Positions 58,252 to 64,000 of a stretch of DNA of 64,000 nt are shown here, piece by piece; the stretch's first letter is position 1, and the number at the start of each line of letters is the position of its first letter. The stretch lies in IMG/VR virus record IMGVR_UViG_3300029286_000012. One strand, given 5' to 3'. Both the position numbers and the translations under genes were made by a program. The notes beneath the pieces were generated by a model. That model had not been told where the DNA came from and searched no databases. It saw nothing but the letters and a program-made list of their open reading frames with translations. This DNA comes from a virus.

Positions 58252-58269
58252 ACAACATAGGAGAAATTC

Positions 58270-58752
58270 ATGGCAAACAAAAAATTCTTTTCAACAAAAA
58301 CATACAGACAAATAGGTCCTGTTGCATATCGTCAATGGCGTGCTGACAGTCATTGTAATTTAATTCATGGCTATGCTATGAGTTTTCACTTTGAGTTTGA
58401 AGCTGATACATTAGACGCACGTAACTGGGTAACTGACTTCGGTGGATTACGACCCCTCAAAGATAAACTAGAGGAATGGTTTGACCATACTCTATTAGTC
58501 GCACAAGATGATCCTATGCGTGATGAACTATTGCGTTTAGGTGAATTGAAACTAGCAAAGATTACAGAAGTAGAACGTACTGGTTGTGAAGGTATATCTG
58601 ACTTCTTATACGAATACATTAACACAATTTTCTTACCCAACTGTGGTAGTGAAGAAGCTAAACGTGTTTGGTGTTGCAGAGTAGAGGTACGTGAGACTGA
58701 TAGCAATATGGCAGGACGTAGTGGTCATAGGGAAGACGGGGAGTTTGCATAA
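58270..58752 (+). CDS. queD: 6-carboxy-tetrahydropterin synthase (QueD/PTPS-like)
   Basis: 'YRQWRADSHCNLIHGY', 'DFGGL', 'FDHTLL', 'GCE', 'VRET'. Confidence 0.82.
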   Translation: MANKKFFSTKTYRQIGPVAYRQWRADSHCNLIHGYAMSFHFEFEADTLDARNWVTDFGGLRPLKDKLEEWFDHTLLVAQDDPMRDELLRLGELKLAKITEVERTGCEGISDFLYEYINTIFLPNCGSEEAKRVWCCRVEVRETDSNMAGRSGHREDGEFA

Positions 58753-59183
58753 TGTTTAGTGTACTCAAATTCATTTGGTTGATTAGTCGTTCCTCTTGGA
58801 ATATTATAAACCCTAATATGAATCCTCTGCGTCATGCGCCCGTATATGTCAAATACTTTCTCAGTATCCTACTAGGCTGTTTTTGGAGTCTGGCGTTTGG
58901 TCTTTACGTTGGTGAACTACTGACTATCGGCTACAACATGATTGGACACATTGCTATCATTAGCATGGTGTTTGCTACTTGGGCAGTGTTTCGTTCAGTA
59001 GAAAATACTTATGGTCCACGCGGTGGCACAGTAGACTGGCTACGTATGCCAGATTACAGTAGCCGTTGTGACGAACTTACTGAACAACAACGACTTGAAA
59101 AAGTACAAGAATGGAACAATCGTAATGTTTGGAACGAACCTAAACATTCTGAAAAAGATAAAGAAACTTATTACGGAGCATGA
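58752..59183 (+). CDS. Hypothetical membrane protein
   Basis: Two hydrophobic segments. Confidence 0.55.
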   Translation: MFSVLKFIWLISRSSWNIINPNMNPLRHAPVYVKYFLSILLGCFWSLAFGLYVGELLTIGYNMIGHIAIISMVFATWAVFRSVENTYGPRGGTVDWLRMPDYSSRCDELTEQQRLEKVQEWNNRNVWNEPKHSEKDKETYYGA

Positions 59184-59296
59184 GTATGACTGTTAATGAA
59201 ATTATTGCCGTAATAATAATGGTAACTGTAGTAGGAATAGTACTATGGGATATACACAAAAATGGATTAAGTAAAGAAGATGAACCAAGAGAATAA
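59180..59296 (+). CDS. Small single-TM protein, 38 aa; not in the ORF track
   Basis: MSMTVNEIIAVIIMVTVVGIVLWDIHKNG...; ATGA-coupled to the previous gene. Confidence 0.5.
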   Translation: MSMTVNEIIAVIIMVTVVGIVLWDIHKNGLSKEDEPRE

Positions 59297-59414
59297 AGAA
59301 CCTGAAACAGAACAATGGTTAGAAGATATAACCAAACACGCACCGGTTGTGATTCCTATTGTGGGAGCAGTATTAAGTTTTATGTTGGCTTTTATTGCCA
59401 TCACAATGGCTTGA
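59280..59414 (+). CDS. Small single-TM protein, 44 aa; not in the ORF track
   Basis: MNQENKEPETEQWLEDITKHAPVVIPIVGAVLSFMLAFIAITMA*. Confidence 0.5.
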   Translation: MNQENKEPETEQWLEDITKHAPVVIPIVGAVLSFMLAFIAITMA

Positions 59415-59415
59415 T

Positions 59416-59634
59416 ATGGCAATAATCAAATGGATTTGCTTTGGCATTATGTTCGCAGGAGCCATAGTAGTTAGTTTTAATCTAGATCCTATAATAGGCA
59501 TTGAGCTACTATTTGTAGGCAACGCCGCTTGGTTGGTAACTGCCGTACGTACTAGAGATTGGCCTAGTGCCGCAAACTTTGGCATGCTGGCATCAGTATG
59601 GTTTCTAGGTATGTTACAATATTATAAAGGATAA
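59416..59634 (+). CDS. Small three-TM membrane protein
   Basis: Hydrophobic; likely start MAIIKW. Confidence 0.55.
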   Translation: MAIIKWICFGIMFAGAIVVSFNLDPIIGIELLFVGNAAWLVTAVRTRDWPSAANFGMLASVWFLGMLQYYKG

Positions 59635-59636
59635 AA

Positions 59637-60275
59637 ATGTTAGAAACAATTTGCGATACATTAGTTGAAGCATATAGACGCAACTGGATTACCAGTCGTG
59701 ATGGCAATGTAAGTATTCGTCATCACGACCGTGACCACTTCTACATCACACCCAGTGGTGTTCGTAAGCAAACGATGCAACCCGACCAGTTTAAGAAGAT
59801 TGGGATAATCGATCAGATTTGGCAAGAAGATCCGTCGTTGATAGAACTTCCTTATTCAGATATAAGCCAAGGATTGAGACCTAGTGGAGAATTGCCTTTG
59901 CATTTTGGATTGCAAAAGAGACTAGGACAACACAGTGATGATGTAAGAGTTGTAGTTCATTTACACCCTACTTATTGTATTGCCGCTATGCACGCCGGTA
60001 TTGATTTAAGCACTATCAGTAGTGCGTTTCCAGAATTGAATCGTTACACTAAGGTAGCACCCAATGTAAGGGATGTGGCTCCCATTAGCCAAGAGCTTGC
60101 GGATCAATGCCATAATCAATTACAATTAGACAATAAAGGCAACATTGCCTATGACATTGTAGGTATTAAAGGACACGGAGTAGTAGCAATTGACACAAGC
60201 CCCTGGCGTGCGTTTGAACACATTGAACGATTAGAACATATTTGTCAAATCGTATTAGCATCAGGAAAATATTAA
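59637..60275 (+). CDS. Class II aldolase/adducin family protein
   Basis: 'DGNVSIR', 'ITPSG', 'PSGELPLH', 'VVHLHP', 'KGHGV'. Confidence 0.88.
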   Translation: MLETICDTLVEAYRRNWITSRDGNVSIRHHDRDHFYITPSGVRKQTMQPDQFKKIGIIDQIWQEDPSLIELPYSDISQGLRPSGELPLHFGLQKRLGQHSDDVRVVVHLHPTYCIAAMHAGIDLSTISSAFPELNRYTKVAPNVRDVAPISQELADQCHNQLQLDNKGNIAYDIVGIKGHGVVAIDTSPWRAFEHIERLEHICQIVLASGKY

Positions 60276-60276
60276 A

Positions 60277-60912
60277 ATGAGTTACATTGTAGGATCATTG
60301 CCACCAATTAAGTGTTGGATAAAACGTGAATTTCTTTATAACTTTGAAAAGGGGCACGGAGAATTAGAACCTGCCATCTGGGTTAGTCTTAAAGCATTGC
60401 GTGGACAAGTATTTCGTATTGAAAGTTTATTACCCAATTACGGAGCATTGTATGATAAACTACCTATACACGCTTATGTATGGAAAAAAGACCACACAGC
60501 AACGTTACCTATTGATATGTTACAGCTTTGGGACTGTATGGGGTATCGTTTTACTATCATTGAAAAAATAGGATTACGCAATTTAGGTGTTAAGTTTCTA
60601 GGTAAAGACAAGGAATGGCATTACGGAACTTATTTGTTTACTGTAGACTTTTGTGCTGACGGCATGGATGTGGACACAGGCTTTACTGAAGTTGCAGAAG
60701 AACACAAATCGTTTAATTTTATTAAGTTAGAAAATGGACAGTTTGCTTGTCAGCCTAACAACCGTTGCTTGTGGTACGATCAAAGTTTGATTCCCGGTGA
60801 AACTAAATTTCCTGATTTTCAGGCGGCTCAAAATCTATGGACAGTAGATGGTACACGTAAATGGAGTGCAGGAGATGATTGGTTTTATTCTATTGAGGAA
60901 AAACATGAATAG
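60277..60912 (+). CDS. Conserved-looking phage hypothetical protein
   Basis: 'LQLWDC', 'YLFTVD', 'EHKSFN', 'NGQFACQPNNR'. Confidence 0.6.
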   Translation: MSYIVGSLPPIKCWIKREFLYNFEKGHGELEPAIWVSLKALRGQVFRIESLLPNYGALYDKLPIHAYVWKKDHTATLPIDMLQLWDCMGYRFTIIEKIGLRNLGVKFLGKDKEWHYGTYLFTVDFCADGMDVDTGFTEVAEEHKSFNFIKLENGQFACQPNNRCLWYDQSLIPGETKFPDFQAAQNLWTVDGTRKWSAGDDWFYSIEEKHE

Positions 60913-61096
60913 TTTAGAAAAAATTTGGGCAAGAGCAACCGGCCATTTAATGGGTAATACAGATGATGACAGGCCTGATGTTCCTATTCTTACATTGGGT
61001 GAAGCGAGGATTGCATTGTTCCTAAAGACTTTCTGGGTGGTGCTACATGTGATAACATGTTGTGTCATTATAGCAAATACTATACGTCATTGGTAA
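60905..61096 (+). CDS. Small membrane protein
   Basis: MNSLEKIWARATG... with a C-terminal TM segment. Confidence 0.55.
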   Translation: MNSLEKIWARATGHLMGNTDDDRPDVPILTLGEARIALFLKTFWVVLHVITCCVIIANTIRHW

Positions 61097-61099
61097 TAA

Positions 61100-61318
61100 A
61101 TGAACAAAAAAATAGAAGAACTAGCAAAAGAAGCAGGGTTTGACTGGGCATTAAAACGAGCATCACTTGCAGGTCAAACTGCTGATAGTGAATCTATTGA
61201 AAAATTTGCTGAATTAATTATACGTGATTGTGCTAAACAAGTTAATCACATTTACAAACAAGGTGGCGGCACTTGGGGTGAAGTCATCCTTACCAACTAC
61301 AACATAAAAATCAAATGA
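61100..61318 (+). CDS. Hypothetical protein
   Basis: 'I.ELAKEAG...EKFAELII.DC' small phage-protein pattern. Confidence 0.55.
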   Translation: MNKKIEELAKEAGFDWALKRASLAGQTADSESIEKFAELIIRDCAKQVNHIYKQGGGTWGEVILTNYNIKIK

Positions 61319-62163
61319 GTCATTTAAAAGTATCAGAATTATTTTATAGCATTCAAGGTGAGGGTAGATACATGGGTGTTCCCAGTGTGTTCTTACGAAC
61401 ATATGGATGTAATTTTACATGCGGTGGCTTCGGTATGCCTAAGGGAGAAATGAGTAGTGAGAGAGATGTTATTGCAATTAAAGCAGAAGATTATACAGAT
61501 TATAAATCCTTACCGCTTGTCAGTACAGGATGTGATAGTTACGCAAGCTGGGACCCTCGCTTTAAACATCTTAGTCCTGTTATCGCTACCGATAGTATTG
61601 TTGACAGCATTATGGATATACTTCCTCACAAGCGTTGGATGGATGAACACCTTGTTATCACAGGTGGTGAACCTCTTCTTGGATGGCAAAGAGCGTATCC
61701 AGACTTACTTTCAAATGAAAAAATGAGAAGTCTTAAAGAGATTACATTCGAAACTAACGGTACACAAGAACTTAGTCAAGACCTCACAATATATTTACAG
61801 AAGTGGAAGATTAACAGAGAAAAGAATGCATTAACATTTAGTGTTAGTCCTAAACTAAGTATCAGTGGCGAGAAGTGGCAAGAAGCAATTTGTCCTAGTA
61901 TTATTCGTCAATATGAAAGTGTAGGTTTTGTTTATCTTAAGTTTGTAGTAGCAACAGAAGATGATGCACTTGAAGCAGATAAAGCAGTAAAAGAATTTCG
62001 CAATGGTGGATTTAGAGGCCCTGTATACTTCATGCCATGCGGTGGCGTAGAGTCATTATATAAACTAAATGCAAAGAATGTTGCTATTGAAGCAATGAAT
62101 CGTGGTTATCGTTATAGTGATAGACTGCAAGTACCGTTATTTAAAAATGAGTGGGGAACATGA
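61315..62163 (+). CDS. queE: 7-carboxy-7-deazaguanine synthase (radical SAM)
   Basis: 'ELFYSIQGEG..MG.PSVFLRT.GCNF.C', 'CDS', 'VITGGEP', 'ETNGT', 'SVSPK'. Confidence 0.9.
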   Translation: MSHLKVSELFYSIQGEGRYMGVPSVFLRTYGCNFTCGGFGMPKGEMSSERDVIAIKAEDYTDYKSLPLVSTGCDSYASWDPRFKHLSPVIATDSIVDSIMDILPHKRWMDEHLVITGGEPLLGWQRAYPDLLSNEKMRSLKEITFETNGTQELSQDLTIYLQKWKINREKNALTFSVSPKLSISGEKWQEAICPSIIRQYESVGFVYLKFVVATEDDALEADKAVKEFRNGGFRGPVYFMPCGGVESLYKLNAKNVAIEAMNRGYRYSDRLQVPLFKNEWGT

Positions 62164-62402
62164 AAAAATATCAGCACATTGTATTATTGCCATGGGATTA
62201 TTGGAAATACTATATGGGACCAGACGGTTCTATAAGAGATAAAAATAATCCATTAGATTGGTGTGTTGATACTTTTGGTCCTGGTAGAACAAAGTCTAGG
62301 TGGACGTATGAATATAAAGATACACAAGATGATGGATTTGAAACTACGTTCAAATTCACAGATGAGAAAGATTATATTCATTTTATGTTACGATGGAGAT
62401 AG
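62160..62402 (+). CDS. Hypothetical protein
   Basis: 'WC...FG....RW...F.F.DEKD...F.LRW' small phage-family pattern. Confidence 0.55.
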   Translation: MKKYQHIVLLPWDYWKYYMGPDGSIRDKNNPLDWCVDTFGPGRTKSRWTYEYKDTQDDGFETTFKFTDEKDYIHFMLRWR

Positions 62403-62404
62403 TT

Positions 62405-62632
62405 ATGCCACTAGATAGCATGGGTCATACTTCTGAGTTTAATCGTAATAGTTATCTAGGAGCAGAACTTAAATTTGTTTGGTTACCTGAAAGATGCAAT
62501 CTAACAGGTAAACGTATCTGGTTAGTAAAAGCTTACAGACTAACTAGTATCTGGCACGGCCCCGATGCTGCCGTATTAGAACACAGTTGGCACGATAAGA
62601 ATACCCATATTATGTGGTTATTAAAAAGGTAA
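62405..62632 (+). CDS. Hypothetical protein
   Basis: ORF with GGAG SD. Confidence 0.5.
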   Translation: MPLDSMGHTSEFNRNSYLGAELKFVWLPERCNLTGKRIWLVKAYRLTSIWHGPDAAVLEHSWHDKNTHIMWLLKR

Positions 62633-62636
62633 ATAT

Positions 62637-62810
62637 ATGTATGAATTAAGATATCTTGTCCGAAACGGTTGGGACGGACCAGAAAAAGTGTTACAATATA
62701 GAACACAAATTGAAGTAACAGATTATAGTACAACCACTGATAAAGGTAGTTTTACTAAAAAGCGTGAATGGACTGAATGGCAAGATGTGCCCACAGTGAA
62801 AGATAAATGA
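62637..62810 (+). CDS. Small hypothetical protein, 57 aa; not in the ORF track
   Basis: MYELRYLVRNGWDGPEKVLQYR...WTEWQDVPTVKDK*; its stop overlaps the next ATG. Confidence 0.6.
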   Translation: MYELRYLVRNGWDGPEKVLQYRTQIEVTDYSTTTDKGSFTKKREWTEWQDVPTVKDK

Positions 62811-64000
62811 GAACATACGATAAACGAATTGGCTTCTTAGTAAGCTCACAAACATTGATACCACATGGTGGTATAGGACAATTTACAAAAAGCTTTTGTG
62901 AATTGATGGATAGTCATAATATTAAAGTTGATATCATTACTGATAAACAACCGCAGAATACAGATTTCATCAAGTCACTTAATGCAAAAATTATCGCACC
63001 GACTAATGTATTAAAATACACAGACCATAGTGCTATCTTTATGTATGGTGATACATTCTGCTATGAGCGTATGGCCAACTTCCGTAATAGTATTGTTGAA
63101 GCACTAGAAGAAAATATGTATGATGCACTCGTATGTAATACATATGAAACTGTGCAATTAGCTTCAACTATGGGATTAGAAGATATTATTCAAATTATTG
63201 CGTACACTCACTTAGAAAGTCAAATCTTTACTAATACTTCAAATCCATTTCTATTAAGTACGAATGAAATGATGCGTAAACAATTAGAGATGAATGCATT
63301 GTTTATAGGGACACAAAGTAAATACAATCAATTGCAATTTCAAAATGCATATGAATTACCTATCCCATTGCCAGAAAAAGATTTATTAAAAGAACACCAT
63401 AAGCCACGTGAAGGTGTACTGTTTATTGGTAGATGGGAAGAGGGTAAGAATCCCGAACTCTATTTAGATTTAATTGAGCAAACACGATTGCCAGCAAGAG
63501 TAATGACAAGTGCGACTGGTGCTAAAAAGTTTGAAGCACGATTAAAAGAAATTGGTGTACCATATGAAATTCGTATAGGTATTATTGGTCAAGAGAAGGT
63601 TGATTTCATAACTAGTTGTCGTGTTGCATTTAATCCTAGTTTAGTTGAGAGTTACGGGATTGCATTTTTAGAACAAATGACACAAATGCCAACTGTTGCG
63701 TTAGATAATATACGATGGACTAACAATTTTAATAGTCAATATTTTTTCACTTGTACAAAACAAACAATGGTAACTGTAGTGGAAGCGTTGTATCATTCAT
63801 ATGACACTGCACAAAGTTGGTATGATGAAGGCTCATTAAAACATACTCAAACTATGGATAGTTTAGTATTTCATAAATGGAATGATTGTTTTAATCAATT
63901 TGCTTGTAAACAATCAAGGAACAGTACTGCAGGTATTTGCAAGACTCTCACTTCTCCAAATTTAACTGTTAGATATGCAGATTTTATTGCAACCCTAAAC
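62807..64000 (+). CDS. GT4-type glycosyltransferase, runs off the window end; not in the ORF track
   Basis: Translated by hand: MRTYDKRIGFL...PHGGIGQF...VLFIGRWEEGKNP...FNPSLVESYGIAFLE (ExFG/YGxxxxE motif). No stop before 64000. Confidence 0.8.
   Translation, partial: MRTYDKRIGFLVSSQTLIPHGGIGQFTKSFCELMDSHNIKVDIITDKQPQNTDFIKSLNAKIIAPTNVLKYTDHSAIFMYGDTFCYERMANFRNSIVEALEENMYDALVCNTYETVQLASTMGLEDIIQIIAYTHLESQIFTNTSNPFLLSTNEMMRKQLEMNALFIGTQSKYNQLQFQNAYELPIPLPEKDLLKEHHKPREGVLFIGRWEEGKNPELYLDLIEQTRLPARVMTSATGAKKFEARLKEIGVPYEIRIGIIGQEKVDFITSCRVAFNPSLVESYGIAFLEQMTQMPTVALDNIRWTNNFNSQYFFTCTKQTMVTVVEALYHSYDTAQSWYDEGSLKHTQTMDSLVFHKWNDCFNQFACKQSRNSTAGICKTLTSPNLTVRYADFIATLN

Noticed and set aside
1-64000. 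tRNA genes or stop-codon reassignment
   Set aside because: No cloverleaf or T-loop signature was recognised in the short intergenic gaps (by eye only). Long genes are intact under code 11, so recoding is not needed.

Overview
This window is a 64-kb, AT-rich, gene-dense segment of a large T4-like/jumbo myophage. Nearly every real gene is on the + strand; phoH is the exception. In order it holds: (1) a tail/head morphogenesis block with two free-standing homing endonucleases, a repeat-rich 1774-aa fibre and a GH19 endolysin; (2) a chaperone/replication-accessory block (DnaE palm fragment, GroES, clamp loader, PhoH, holin, DnaJ, ClpA); (3) a small cassette with PhoB-type Pho boxes in front of an unknown acidic protein and a PlcP-like phospholipase C plus glycosyltransferase, a candidate phage-borne phosphate-starvation lipid-remodelling module; (4) about 12 kb of modular proteins with T4-like capsid-targeting N-termini and (L/I/V)xE-delimited domains (nucleotidyltransferase, ART-like, amidoligase, zincin); (5) TilS, PolB and a clamp; (6) a 7-deazaguanine DNA-modification cluster (DpdA/TGT-like, FolE, two QueD-like T-fold proteins, QueE) interleaved with glycosyltransferases, cytidylyltransferases and an aldolase. 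TAAATA late promoters and sigma70 promoters recur, many placed to give leaderless mRNAs. I saw no tRNA, rRNA or CRISPR array. All calls come from reading motifs by eye, with no database searches.
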